In this document: one piece after another, positions 13,001 to 25,908 of the stretch
Layout of the letters: every line of letters starts with the position of its first letter
How positions within the stretch are numbered: the stretch's first letter is position 1
Assembly: GCA_030141605.1 (NCBI GenBank)
Contig: JAQGDQ010000999.1
Location: 7,413-71,412 of the forward strand
DNA: 64,000 nt
From: Tubiluchus corallicola
Lineage: Eukaryota > Animalia > Priapulida
Direction: 5' to 3'
Program-made: the position numbers and the translations under genes
The notes under the pieces: model-generated
The model's input: only the letters and a program-made list of their open reading frames with translations
What the model was told of the DNA's origin: nothing
The model's database searches: none

Positions 13001-15965
13001 ATGGACACTGATTGCAGGTTACACCCTGGTCATAGCAATGCTGACCAACATTCGTTTTTTTTACTTCGTGGCAAAACGTAGAATAACTTCAAAAGAACGT
13101 GTTTGATTTGAAAACCCCATCTACCCGAGGCTTTCATGTTGAGTATTAACCCTTTCAGTCCCAAATTATTTTTTTAATAAGAAGAATTTTTTTGGCTTGG
13201 TACTTTTGTTCAGTATGTCCATCTTGTTTACACATAATAATTATTTTTTTCTACCTGTGCCCGTGTGCTAAATATAGTCTGTGTCCCACGGGATACATTG
13301 GGATTCAATGGAAGCATAAAATGTGCTTCATTTTGCAACTGCTGATAATTTTTTAAAGTATTTAAGACATTTAGTATGCATGCTATGCTGATCTGTACAA
13401 AGTCGTCTCTAAAATACTGTACCTTGCACAGTTTTTTTATGCTATGTAGATTTTCTAGTTTGCCATTTTATCACCATTTTTAGTCTATTGTTATTGGATT
13501 AAATTAAAATAACTATTAACAGATCAAATAACTGTCAGTTTTAAAATTTTATTAATTGTAAAGGCAGAAAATATTCTCGTATCCCACGGGATACAACGGG
13601 TATGAAAGGGTTAAAGGAAACCTACCTTTGTGCAGTTGTAGTGATGCAGTCGACAGCTTCAATGATTCTGTGAAGTGCAGAATCGGTGCCAATTGTCATG
13701 TCTGTGCCACAAAAATCATTGTCAATGGAGCCCACCATTCCAACAACATTCAGATGGCTGCAATCACGAAGCTGCTCTTGGGTAATTTTGCCTGCATAAA
13801 ACAATTTAAGACGTTTATTCTTTTTCGTTACGAAAGTTTCTATCATCACTTCTGCATTTTCAATGCCATCTCTTACTGAAATTTTAAGACAGGTGAAATT
13901 GATATACCGTTAGCCACGCTTAGGAAACCTGACAGCCTTTTACTCAAATTCAAAGTTCAACAAAGTAAGTGCAGTCAAAGTAGAAATAAATGCAATGTAC
14001 AAGGTTAGAATGTCAAAATTGATTTTTTGTCACGCTTATCACAAAAATTTGGTGGCGATGCAATGTACAAAATTCCTATTACAATCAAACTGCTTCGAGT
14101 CTTCCGTCAATTAAAACTATATCGGAAATTTTTTTGGCCACTTAATTTGTAGATAAGAAAACTATTATTTGTGACACAGGTATGAAATGTAGTTAGCACT
14201 TTTTATTTTAGAATGATTCCTAATGACAGCAACCATTGCAAAATGATCTAATTTGGTTGTTCACTGAACTCTGAAGCCATACGCATGACTCTTGACTGAA
14301 AAGTAAAATGCCAATAACCACTTTATTATGGCTTCTCGTGAGCCATTGTGCCATTCTCTCAACAAGAAAAGCAACTCAACAAAAAGGCTATTAACTAAAA
14401 ATAAGCGTAGTAAAAACAGGTAATCTTTCGTGGAATCTACCACTCCGGTCCACTGTTGCTATGGTAACTGCCTGAAAGCATAAACCAACACTGCTACAAT
14501 GACACTTTTATATAGCAACTGAATGCAAAAATAGAGAAAAGACATTTCTCACCTTGACTAAACAGTTCATCGAGCAACTCGGCCCATTCATTTCGAAATA
14601 TGTTAGCACCCGTCAGGCTCCCATCACCTCCGATCACAACTAGGTTAGTAATGCAGTGCTTTATCAGATTAAAAGCAGCCTTAAGTCTGCCCTCCCTTTT
14701 GCGAAAATCTGAGCAACGGGCACTCCCTATAATCGTGCCTCCCTAAAAATACGATTAAATTCAAATGACATCAACACCACACACAAACAACAAAAAGAGA
14801 CAAACAACTGTAAATCGTACAATTTACAACGATGCACACGTACAAAATCACCACCAAGGGAAAAGGGTCATCAGGTGAGTCACTGGTAAAAATTCAGATT
14901 TCAGTCCCTACTCGCTATCTTCAAACTCTCCCAACAGGGACCCAATCACATTGGCTGCCCGACCTCAGATGTTCAAGTGATAACTACAGACATAACACAT
15001 AATACAAAGCAAACACAGAACATCAACAACAACGTAAACCAAAGTTCTGCAACAATGACAAAAGAGAGAAGGGGCTCTTACAACATGACTACAAAGCGAC
15101 AAAAGGCTAGACAAGATTCTCATTACCAAAATCACATCATGACAACAGCCACTTGTTTAACAGAATGCCAGCCAAACTTAAATAAAAGAAAATGGTGACA
15201 TTTAAAAATATTTTCACAAGATTGAAGAAGACTCATCATACAGTAACCCTATATAATACTTGAATTGCATGGCATGAATGATGAATTCAACTTTTTCAAA
15301 CGAGAAAAGTTTGCTTGTGTTGAGTGCGCCACCAAAATACTATTTATACTTTTATGCAGAATACTAATTACCAATTTTTACTTAACAGCTCGAATAAAAT
15401 CTGCAGTTTCTAATCAATTCAATGTTTGTTAAAACCAAATTTAATTAGAAAAAATTTTGTAGCATCCGTTACGACATTATCCGCTGGATAATAAAATGGA
15501 CATTACTGCTTATTGTTACTTTTTGTCAATGCTCTTCTATCTCTTACATTTTTCTGGCTATCTGATTTCGTATGTATAAGTATCGGATGACAAATAAGTG
15601 TTGACAAGCATATTGTATGTATATAAGGCGTATTGACAATTTGAATGTATACATATATCTATCGTATATATATATATATATATATATATACAATATATAC
15701 TCAAATTTATACTCATATATATATATTCACATATTCATATATATATATATATATATATATATTTGCAAAATTCACCATCGTAGGCAGATGCAAAATTCAC
15801 GCTGTCAAATAATAAATTTGCAAGATGGTGACACACGACTGCTAAGGCTTGTCCACACATAGAAAGTAAAAAATATGCATTAACACACAAACGCCATTAA
15901 CTGCACAAACGCGAAAACTCCTATTGTTTTCTGCACACTTTAACCACTATATATATAAAAAGATG

Positions 15966-15996
<31 letters not shown>

Positions 15997-17424
15997 GTAG
16001 GACAAAGGGATGCAAAGGACAGCTACACTTATTTTTCTGCAAAACCAGCACGTACCATTTGTATGATACCGGATACGGTCTTCCAGTCAGCTTCTTCAAT
16101 ATTGTCATCAACCATACCTTGGTAACCCTAAAACAACCCACATTAATTAGCCAGTAGTATTCCAACAGAGCAGTAAATACTTTTATTAATAATTTGGCTG
16201 CTTTGTTAATAATAATCAAAAGAAACTTGATAAAAGTCACTATCAGTAAATACCATTACCAGTTTTAAGAAAGTAAAGAAGATAACACATCTTTGCAAAT
16301 AAGTTACCTCTTTGATGAAGTATACTTTGCAGCCAACGTAAATTCCCATCCGTACGACAGCACGCACGGCTGCATTCATACCTGTAATAAATAAATCATG
16401 AAATAAGCATTAAAGGTTGAAATAAATTGAAAAAAATCCTCGTCATGCCATCACCAAAAATAACGTAACTGCAACTCTGACATAACAACACAGTAAAAAC
16501 AGATCAAATGAGCATAATGGAAAATAAAGAAGCCAAAAATTTTACACATTTGAATAAACATTACGTGCGTATAAAATTTAAATAAGCGTGTCTTTGAAAT
16601 GAATGTCAAAACAGTGATTGTCAGCCAGGCTATTCTTTCATATGTACATTTTGAAAACAAATTTTGCATTTAAAAGGTAAAAACAAAAGCAGACCAACTT
16701 CTATTACTTGAGTGCACACTATTTCATGAATATACTAGAAGTGTATAATATGCAGGTATGTTACAAATAATTACAATAATGAATCGTGAATGTTTATTTC
16801 ACAAACATAAACACAAGTACAATTAACAAATCAGAGACTTAAAGGACAAGAGAAGGGTACCTGAAGTAGCTTTCAGAAAAATCGTATACTAGAAGTGTAT
16901 AATATGCAGGTATGTACAAATCTTTATTTCACAAACATAAACACAAGTACATTTAACAAATCAGAGACTTAAAGGACAAGAGAAGGGTACCTGAAGGAGG
17001 TTTCAGAAAAATCGTCTTAAAAATTATATTACTTTACAGCAATTTCATACGTATATCGCACTCGCGTTAAAAGGAATTGTCGTTTGTTTTCATTTTAAAT
17101 CTCCCGCAATGCTGTTCCGACCACACCATTACATGACATCATATATGCACAACGTAAATCGGGGGAAGGAAATGTTTAAATATTTCTAAAGTGCATCAGT
17201 CACTCAAATTTGTAAGTGTTAAACGATAAAAAAGGCATACCTTGGGCGTCCCCTCCACTGGTAAATACGGCAATACCACGACCCGTGTGACATCCTTGCG
17301 TCACCGTTTCCCCTTCTATTCCTAATATAGGCACTACCGAAAGAGGATCGCCATCGGTCACAGACTCCAGCCGCTGCAGCTTGGGCACGCTTTTCACAGG
17401 ACTAGGAGAGGAAATGTCGTTCAT
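892..17424 (-). CDS. PFK: ATP-dependent 6-phosphofructokinase (eukaryotic PFK), N-terminal half, multi-exon; continues beyond window start
   Basis: Exons 17424-17241, 16381-16308, 16127-16056, 14742-14553, 13791-13626, 6392-6239, 4271-4176, 2453-2361 and 1017-892 join in frame (~385 aa), all GT-AG. Motifs: [54 protein letters not shown]. Confidence 0.97.
2361..2453 (-). CDS. PFK: PFK exon ([31 protein letters not shown])
   Basis: tag| and |gtaact, 93 nt; PFK signature. Confidence 0.96.
3464..3990 (+). mobile_element. Retroposon with AATAAA+(ATT)n tail; copies at 24296-24560(-) and 60125-61215(-)
   Basis: Three similar copies sharing a 3' hairpin and tail. Confidence 0.7.
4176..4271 (-). CDS. 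PFK: PFK exon ([32 protein letters not shown])
   Basis: tag| and |gtaagt, 96 nt. Confidence 0.95.
4392..4923. mobile_element. Kolobok-like MITE (AGG…CCT termini, TTAA TSD); inverted copy at 45006-45554
   Basis: TIR aggaa(t/a)accggatgattgt, TTAA on both sides, two copies. Confidence 0.8.
5650..5992. mobile_element. hAT-type MITE family A (TIR CAGGGATGAGAAT)
   Basis: 8-bp TSD ggtgcaca; copies at ~2856-3273 (truncated) and 18844-19344. Confidence 0.85.
6239..6392 (-). CDS. PFK: PFK exon ([51 protein letters not shown])
   Basis: tag| and |gtagat, 154 nt. Confidence 0.96.
8759..9400 (-). mobile_element. Decayed LINE 3' end with (TTAC)n tail
   Basis: AATAAA followed by (TACT)n on the - strand; boundaries approximate. 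Confidence 0.45.
9536..10079 (+). repeat. Tandem array, 4 x ~137 bp, hairpin-containing
   Basis: Units start at 9536, 9673, 9810, 9946. Confidence 0.95.
10494..10872. mobile_element. hAT-type MITE family B (TIR CAGTGGTTCCCAAA)
   Basis: 8-bp TSD ccttacat; copy at 33294-33529. Confidence 0.92.
11104..11200 (+). mobile_element. tRNA-derived SINE head
   Basis: A-box TAGCTCAGTGGTAG, B-box GTTCAAAT; no full cloverleaf. Confidence 0.55.
11260..11593. mobile_element. Tc1/mariner (pogo-like) MITE
   Basis: TIR cagtcggccctcgttaaaccggac / gtccagtttaacgagggttgactg, TA TSD. Confidence 0.88.
13150..13610. mobile_element. piggyBac-like MITE
   Basis: TTAA|CCCTTTCA…TGAAAGGG|TTAA; ends 15 nt from a PFK donor site. 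Confidence 0.82.
13626..13791 (-). CDS. PFK: PFK exon (…[40 protein letters not shown])
   Basis: cag| and |gtagg, 166 nt; catalytic SIDND. Confidence 0.96.
14553..14742 (-). CDS. PFK: PFK exon ([14 protein letters not shown]…[18 protein letters not shown]…)
   Basis: tag| and |gtgag, 190 nt. Confidence 0.96.
16056..16127 (-). CDS. PFK: PFK exon ([24 protein letters not shown])
   Basis: tag| and |gtacgt, 72 nt. Confidence 0.94.
16308..16381 (-). CDS. PFK: PFK exon ([24 protein letters not shown])
   Basis: cag| and |gtaact, 74 nt. Confidence 0.96.
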
Positions 17425-17433
17425 GACCACATC
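17241..17433 (-). CDS. PFK: PFK first large coding exon (MNDISSPSP…[13 protein letters not shown])
   Basis: Acceptor tttttaatag| at 17434, in-frame ATG at 17424, donor |gtatgc. Confidence 0.9.
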
Positions 17434-18843
17434 CTATTAAAAACTCATTTGAATCAATGGGGAAGTATATGGGTCATTCTCCACAGAACGTACAAATGTC
17501 GTCCCATGATGCCCTTTCTTAAAAAACAAATTTTCTGGTGAAAAATCATCTCATTACTGATAGGTACCAAGGAAATAGACTGCTTCCAGTTGTATACTAT
17601 GCCACAAAAGTATTTCGGACATCTCAGGTGAAGCTGAAAAGGGATCCTTGTAAAGTTTTTCCACTGTCCCCAGTGCCCTTTTTCAACATTTTCGATGCAC
17701 TAGATTTGGTAGGGAGTATCCATTTAAGTATTTTATTTGCATGTTTTATTCTAAATAGTACACTAAATACAAATACATTCTTCTCAAATACTTTCAGAAT
17801 CAACAAATATGAGTATTGCTTAATTTGATGTGTGTCTCCATGTTCAATGTCATTCCTGTTACTTTTATGAAAAAGGTCAGTCACATGCTACTGATTAACC
17901 CTATTGCTTTAATTCTTTGTCACCAGAGGGCACCATATATGTATTACATAATAAAAAGTGTCATGCAAGCTTTATGTAAAACGCATGTAATTTCAAAAGC
18001 AACACAGTCATTCAGCATCGCACTAGTTTATAACAGGTTGAAAACAGAAGTGAAAAAAACAAGCAGAAGAATCGGACAAATATTAATATTAACATCCCGC
18101 GAATATGTCAAAAATAAGTAAGGCTAAACTAGCAGATACCAAGATGCACTTTAGCATGCTAAAAATTCATATCTGGCTACCTATTTCAATAAATCACCCA
18201 AGGCCGGCCACAAAAAATTGTTTCTGTCTTACCTCATGTCAGTAGGGAGGGTGGAAATTTTTTTAAAGCTTTGTGTTCAAATGTTTAAAGCTGAATCGAA
18301 GCTGATCAGCAGTAATGTTTTAAATTTTTTCTGTGCCCATTTTTCACACTTTGCTTTTTAGTTTCGCATTACTAAATTATCGTATAATTATCGATTATTG
18401 TATAGCCTCTTTTTTATAAATGACAGCTACTCAGCCACTACTTTTTCGAAACTTTTTAGCCTCCAATACAATGAGTGTTATACAAAACGGCAAACCTTGC
18501 TGAGAGTTAGCCGTGGAAAAACATGGTCGCATCCCGCGTTCCCCGAAAAAGATCAATTTTATAATAATTATTGTGTTTTACGTTTTAATTTAAAAAAAAT
18601 ACGCTCTTATATGACTGCATCAATTAAGTATATGAACATACAAAAAAAATATAAACTCCCGGTCTGGTGTGCGATAAAAAAATATTACCCGGGCGATTAG
18701 ACGGAAACAGTTAAGTATTTTTATAGTTGGCCTAATAAACTAGTTAATCCTTTATGAATAGGCTAGAGGTAAAGTACTATAAGTTATATTTGAATCAGTG
18801 CAAGTAAATCTGAACACTATCAAGTATAAGTACAAGTACAAAT

Positions 18844-19344
18844 CAGGGATGAGAATGACAAATTGCAAAAAACTCTGAAACAGGCCGGGGGTTTGTGGGC
18901 CGCACAGCCAGCAACAAATTGCAATTTTGTGATCGTAGAGAGCCTCTAAGTGGACTTAGTTATCTAGTATATCTAAATATCAGTTACCTGGTTTCATGCA
19001 TAATTTAAAATACCCAACTATCAAGGATACATGATACCTAATTGTCTCAAAAATGCCTAAGTACTGTCCGCTCCTATGCAAAAGTATATAAAAACTGTAT
19101 GCAATTGACTCAAATAACTCCGCACAATTGATTCTATATTTTTATACATAGAGATATACACGTGGTTACACTGATGTACGTGATGTAAACAAAGTGACGA
19201 CCTGCCACCCAGCGGTCAGCTTGTGAAATAATGTACTGGGTCCGTAAAAATTTTCTCAACGAATTTACGCAATTTATAAAAATGGCACTACTGGTCTTCC
19301 AAAAACTCGGAATTCCGCGTATCCGCGGAAAATTCTCATCCCTG
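18844..19344. mobile_element. hAT-type MITE family A, full copy
   Basis: Perfect 13-bp TIR, 8-bp TSD gtacaaat. Confidence 0.92.
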
Positions 19345-20634
19345 GTACAAATACACTCGAAATTTATCAAACGCAAGAACAAGACCAAGTACTTGTTATC
19401 AAGCACAAGTACATTTTCATTAAATAAACAACTTATTCAAAACATAATTATACAAATTTGTCATTGCACTTAACATACATGCCTGCAATGTTGAAAGCTC
19501 TTTCTACTGCTTAAGGGACAGCCTGAATTGATAAGTTATTACAAGCCAACTTTGCCAGTACAGTATGTGAAAGGAGTTTTTTTATGTTGTTGCCAAAATT
19601 TTAGTGGATCACTCCCTTCCTCTGTACATGATCGACCTAAATATTTGCTGACGTCCAGCAAAACTGATGGTCCATCAACAGTTGGAACACTTGACTGGAG
19701 CTACTGATATTTTAACTCCAAATACTTCACAATCAAGTATAGGTGCTTTGTTTTTAATAAAAGTTGCAAATACTTAGAAAACAGTACTTAAGTCGTACAA
19801 GTACATTACTTGAACCAAGCCTCCTTCCGAGCCAATGCCATTTAATTAGGCCTAACCGAAGTGAACATAAGTACAGCAAATTTCAGAAAAATTTGCGAAA
19901 ATAACTTTCAAAAAGATTTAAATCATTTAACGGCAACTCACTTAGCAGAATGTTTGCTGCAATTTATATTACCATCGTTAAATTAGATTTAATACTCACT
20001 GCTATACACTTAAAATTAACTGCTCAAATCAGTAAACATTCGTTTCAAAAAGTGATTGATATTATTTATTAATATATAAATGCTAAAAAATAAAACTACA
20101 AACAAACTTCATTAAATTGCAAGCAAAATAAAGAATGTAATCTTAAATAGTGAATATATACTTTTGGAATAACACTTAGCTTACCATTCTAAAACTTCCG
20201 TAAGACTAATCGTCCTATGAAGTTCAAAATGTCATGAAAAAGTCACACAACTTTTTCCTGAACGCCATTTGTGGCACTACAGTGATGCTTTAGCGAATAA
20301 TTTAAAGGGCATATCCTCGTCATCTTCCACTTTGAACGAAAACTCTTCCTGTACACACACTACCTCTTTCACAAAGCCAAGAGTAACAGGCCGCTTTACG
20401 GAGAGTTACCGCAGGTGCCATAGATATGGATAGTACTAGACATTCTTAACACTAAGCAGTTAAGCACATACAGTGTCAGTCAGTATGTCAAATAATCATT
20501 TTACTTTGTTCCTTGTAGTGGCAAATGAATTTTAAACATGATTAATGTAAAGTCATAAAATTGGTAACCAAATTTGCAGTTAATCACCGTATGTCATGAC
20601 ACGTATAAGCAGCCTCAGATCAATTGATTATGTC

Positions 20635-21240
20635 AGCATATGAGAAAAAAGATCTTGGTATTACTTGTGGGCAACAAGTTTCAATTTACAAATCACATTC
20701 ATAATTGTAATCGAAGAATGGCACACAGCCAGATAACTTCAGATATTTAGACACTGATATGTTAATCAATCTTTACAAATCGATGGCAAGGCCTGTCCTA
20801 GACTATGCTGACATGTTTAGAACCCATTAAGACATGACATGATTCGTGAGCTTAAAAGCACTCAGCGTTGAGCAACTAGAATGATACCAGATATTGCTGA
20901 TTGAAAGGCCATTATGCTGAAAGATTACAACACTTAGTTAGGAGTTACAAACTTAAATACATAAGATGCAAGCAAGATATGATCCAGACATTTGGAACCT
21001 ACATGGGTATTGACTGGATGGTAACAAAATATTTGTATTTCAGATACATCATGGGTATTCACTTAAAGTCAACAAGAAAACTGTTCCAGAATGGGGAAGA
21101 ACACAAAATATGTTTGCAGCTCGTGTTGTAAATGCCTGGAAAAACTTCCTGAGTATGTGGTGAGTGCTTCTTCAGTTTCTCAATTTAAAGCTCAATTAGA
21201 TCGACTCTATTCCACTCATACCGAGAGTTATTATATTGAT
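20635..21240 (+). mobile_element. Degenerate CR1-clade LINE RT C-terminal remnant
   Basis: Broken frames with EKKDLGI, LYKSMARPVLDYA, QR*ATRMIP. Confidence 0.75.
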
Positions 21241-21559
21241 TTTAGAATTCTGCAGTGGCATCAAGACGCTTGGACTTTTGAGGGAACCTGAAGCTATAAA
21301 TGGTACGAAGAACACACAGATACTATCGTCCATATTGTACCGTTAGTGCCACCACGACTAGAATGCTCAACATAAATAAAGCATCCAGAGAAAACTGGAG
21401 CTGTAAAAAGAGATCATTTATGTGTAAACCCTATCCACGCTGTAAGCTATAAGCTGCAATGATATCTCACTTTCTCTTTGAGGCCTCATTCCATGCGTTG
21501 TAGACATTGAGGTATTAACATATATTAGAGCACACCACCTACTCTTATCTGCAGCTAAC

Positions 21560-23400
21560 AGTGTAAGTTCTTCTATTCCTAAAGTTAGATTTGGCTGAAG
21601 TTGTTGAACATCTCATTTATCTTAGTTATCTCGGTTGTTTTTGGTTTGCTATGTGTTTTTTGCAGGAGTTTTAAGGCTTTGTTTAAGGTACTTCACCTGG
21701 CAATCTTGGACGTTGTCCTAGCCATTTTAATCTTTACTTTTGAACTCCAATGAATTTTTTCTGTTCTAGTGTACAAATCTTCATTTTTTATTATGTATGC
21801 CATCTTATCTTCAAAACTTTCCTTGGAAGACTTCTATGAAATGTGTTAATTAGCTTTTCTTGAATGATTGTTAAACTCCATGTTTCACTGTTGTGCAATG
21901 CTGTTAATGTAAGCATTAACTAGTGGACGTTTTTGACTGTGTCAAAAATTGTGGTAAGATTCTGCTTCTGTGACAGGAGATGCTATTAATGGTAGCTTTT
22001 GTTTTGTATTAAATTTTACAAATAAAAATTAATTTTAAAATAACTAATTGTATGTAGCTCGATTAACAGCTTGTCACTTTTTGACCAGTCACCTGTGGAT
22101 GAAGACTCAAAAAATACAGGAAAAATACACCATTCAATTAAACTCATCAAGACCTTTCATATGATGCACTATAACCTACTGTTGCTCGACATAGAAAGCA
22201 TTTGTATCACAGTCGTGTAATTTCACTTTTTGTCTTCTAGTGGAGTCAATGGTTGACCAGGTTAGGATTAGGTAATACCATTCAATTCGTCTCATCAAGA
22301 CCTTTCATTTGATGTACTAGAGCCTGTTGCTGGTAAAAAATGAAAAGCATTTGTTTGCATGATCCTCATTTTGGTTTACCCCCCCCCCCCCCGAATCTGG
22401 GCGCAAGTCATACCATTACATTCTGCTTATCAAGACCTTTGATTTGACATACTACTGTGACTTGAGACTGGAAGCATTGGTCTCCCAATGCCCGATTTCG
22501 GTTTTTGTCCCTTAGCGGGGTGAGGGGTCAATCAAATTGAACGAAACTTATACCATTCTATTTGTTGCTTCAAGACCTTTCATTTGGTATATTACACGTT
22601 ACTATTGCTCGACACTGAAAGCACCGATATTCCTGATCCCCTTGATTTTGTTTTTTCCCTGTACCGAAAAGTTTTCCTATACCAAAATGTATGGCTCATG
22701 TTCAACCATGCACAACAACCTGATGCCCCCTCGCAACATACCAAATATTGTAGCTCTAGCTCAAAATCTGTAGGACTGAGGAGATCCAGCCTAACGAAAA
22801 ACCAATAAGCCATGCCTGCTCTATGATCTCTAACCCAGGGTAATGGGTCATGTAAGAATATAAATCCCCCAGCCTGGGAAGTGTGCCTCGTGAGTTTTGT
22901 GAACCTATTCCTGTGCATGTTTGAGTTATTAAAAAACAAAAAGGGTGAAATCATGGTGAAATCAAGAATGTCCTTGAATAATCGATGTCTTATGTTAAGG
23001 CTTAGTTTCTTGCTGTTTAGTGCATTCTTGTGTTGAGGAAAAGCATGCTTTGCTTGTTGCTTTCTATTTTTGATATTATCTTTGGTGTTTAGAAGAGTGT
23101 CCAAATACTTGTACTTTTTTCAAGACTGATTACCATCTCTTGCAATGATAATTCTTTTGTTTTTGACTGGTTTACTTGAAGATTTCTTTTTCTCAAGTTT
23201 TTTTTAAAAATCACTTTTTCATTTGTTAGTTTCAACATTTGATCAGCATATCATATAATCCATCCTTTGTCATCAGCATATTGTTCAGCATATCTATATC
23301 CAAGATGTTTTGACTGCCTTTGAGTCAATGGAGAGTGTAAAGATATTTCATATTGCCATATTTGTTGCACGTGCGCTTAATTTTAAGCCAGCTCGACGAG
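21560..23400 (-). mobile_element. Degenerate LINE reverse-transcriptase remnant (RTE-like), interrupted by an insert at ~22030-22790
   Basis: QYADD at 23269-23283(-), KYKYLDTLLNTKDNIKNRKQQAKHAF…KKLSLNIRHRLF; boundaries approximate. Confidence 0.7.
22040..22780. repeat. Element with 4 degenerate ~130-150-bp subrepeats (accatt…tcaagacctttcat), Helitron/Helentron-like
   Basis: Motif recurs near 22130, 22277, 22412, 22552; classification is inference. Confidence 0.5.
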
Positions 23401-25163
23401 GCGTAGAAAGTGGATAAATGAATTATAGTGAAATAAAAGAATGTAAGTTATTTAAATAAAGCTATGCTCGGTACTGAATTGGTATATAATAAAAAAGTTT
23501 GATGTGTTTTTCTTAATTAGTTTCTGATATGAGAAAGATGTAGACCTACTGATGTGCTAAGAACCTTACTTGGTTTTACTTAGTTTTTGTTTTACTTTAG
23601 TTTTAATAGGCCTAATTTCTACTAGGTACAGTGTTAATATTGTAAGGTGTAACTCTATCTACGTAGCTTAAAAGTCACGTTCGCTCTAAACTTTGTAGCA
23701 TTTATCTCTAAGAACTCTCACAAATAAAAAATCTTAATTATTTTTTAATTTATTGACGTTATTAAATGAAAAGACAAGCTGTCGGATGCCATGTAAGGCA
23801 GTAGGCCATATAATGCACTGTGTGGTACATGTGCTAGCGGTGGTTAGTCCCGCCTGCGGTAGATGGGCTGGCTGGGCCATATAGCACACCCGGTACAAGC
23901 CGGAAACCTTTTACTTGTGAAGACGCTGATAAAAAAGATTTTGATTTTTGTGTGATAATTAAAGACTCTTATTCTTTTATAGAAAGCACTGAACGTTTAA
24001 ACAGTTGCACATTTTTACAGCTTCAACGTTTTGTCAGTGTTAAAGTCACATCACTGTATGCTGTGCCAAAATAAAAAAGAGGAGCAAATGAACTTTTATG
24101 CAGAGCAGTGATCTGTTTTTGTTTTTTGTTTAATTGCTTTAAGTTAGTGTAATCATTTGTGGTGTGCGTATGCTAACCTCAGGTACGTTTCAAAATTATA
24201 ATTTATGCCAATTGTCGTAATGCCCTGTCTCCCTGCACAGCCTTTAGATGGGAGTGTATTGTAGAGAGCATGTAATGTGTATTAAAAAAACCGGTAATAA
24301 TAATAATAATAATAATCTTTTATTTATCTTTTAACACATGCACAGTTACAATACAATTAATTTGGAAACAAAAATGTGAAGAAAGGGCAGCGAAAGACCA
24401 ATTGGTTATCTGGGCAGCTGCCCTTTGGTTACTGATGAATATTTTTATAAGCGCTATGCTACAGTGTATTAGTGTTAGTACTGCTTATAATAAAAATTTA
24501 ATTGTTACGAATGACATTAAATTGATATGCTTATAACGTGTTAATGCAATTCATACACAGGCAAACACACAAAATAGCAGTCAATTCTGGTTGGTTGTTC
24601 AAAACCTAAAATAAATTCAAAGGATGCGATGGTGTTAAAAAATGCATTTGCTGTGTCCTACAGACAAAATTTAACTCCCCCGTGACCGTTCTGTAATGAC
24701 GTGGTTCCTGATGCGTTAGCACACCATTATTGGCAACACACGTGATGAGTCAAACCTCCTTATGCCGTCCACTTTATACAGAAAGTGCAAAAAAGTTTGT
24801 TGACGTAACGTTACAACTAGTTTGGCCTTGCGTATTTATACTGTAGGCAAAGTTCCTGTTAATTGTTCCATCATGTTTACTCTTATTTTGAGGCATTTAC
24901 GTATTAAATAGAGTGAATGAACTATAATTTTCTTCAACTTTATCTATTAATTTATTGGATTTTTCTCATACTGCCTCTCCATAGAATTAGACTAGTAAGT
25001 TAGTTTTCTTTTTGACGTATTTAGTCTAAATAATGAGCCACTTCACAGTCACTATCAAAATGATAAGATTAGATTGTTTGATTATGAGTCACACTGCAGA
25101 CTGTTGCAGCGTCCTTTAGCGGTATCAAGTAACAAACTATCGTGGATGAGCCCTGGTCAAAAG

Positions 25164-25230
25164 CAAGGCAGACAGTACGGTACGGTATGGTATTGTACTT
25201 TTTTCATACCGTATCGTACCACCAGCCTTG
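25164..25230. mobile_element. 67-bp hAT-type mini-MITE
   Basis: TIR caaggc…gccttg, internal inverted gtacggtacggtatg/cataccgtatcgtac, 8-bp TSD gtcaaaag. Confidence 0.75.
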
Positions 25231-25908
25231 GTCAAAAGTGATCCTTTAAAAGTGATACTTTATGCATGGCTGAAGCAGCTATATAAAACGTGATATGATG
25301 GCATAGAAAATCACCATTTAGAAAAAAATTTGTCTGGCTTTGATGAAGTCTGTTGGTGGTAATTCCCTATCGAACATTTAATAACTGGCCTGATGAATGA
25401 TGAGGGGTCTTATAATGTGTTTATTTGAATTCACATACATTTGAGTACAGCCGTTTTTTCCTGGCCATTTTACGGGCAGTAAACTGGGGGTGGTATAACG
25501 TGACCGCCATTGACAGTGTTCAAACAACTTGGTAAAATACTTGTTTAATTTTCTTCAGTATATTTTAATTCAGCTGTGAACTCGTTAAACTTATTTACAG
25601 TTATCACATAAATATTCATGTAATCTAAATGAAAGCAGGAAAGTTTCTGTGAAGTACTCGTTGTTCTACCAGACAAAAAGTGGGGAGCAAAAACGATAAT
25701 TTACGGGGCGAGTCTCGATATGAAGCCAAGTATTTCAAGCCCTGCTGTCCGGCGCACTTCCAGCTTTGATGTCACTCATTGACTGAAGAAACGTTGTGCA
25801 TTGTCAATTTCCATCAAAAATAAAAGTTTTTACAAAAAAAATTGTTACATTTTTGCATGAACTATAAGCTGCAAAAATTTGAATTAGTTCGAGTGAACTA
25901 ATGGGAAG

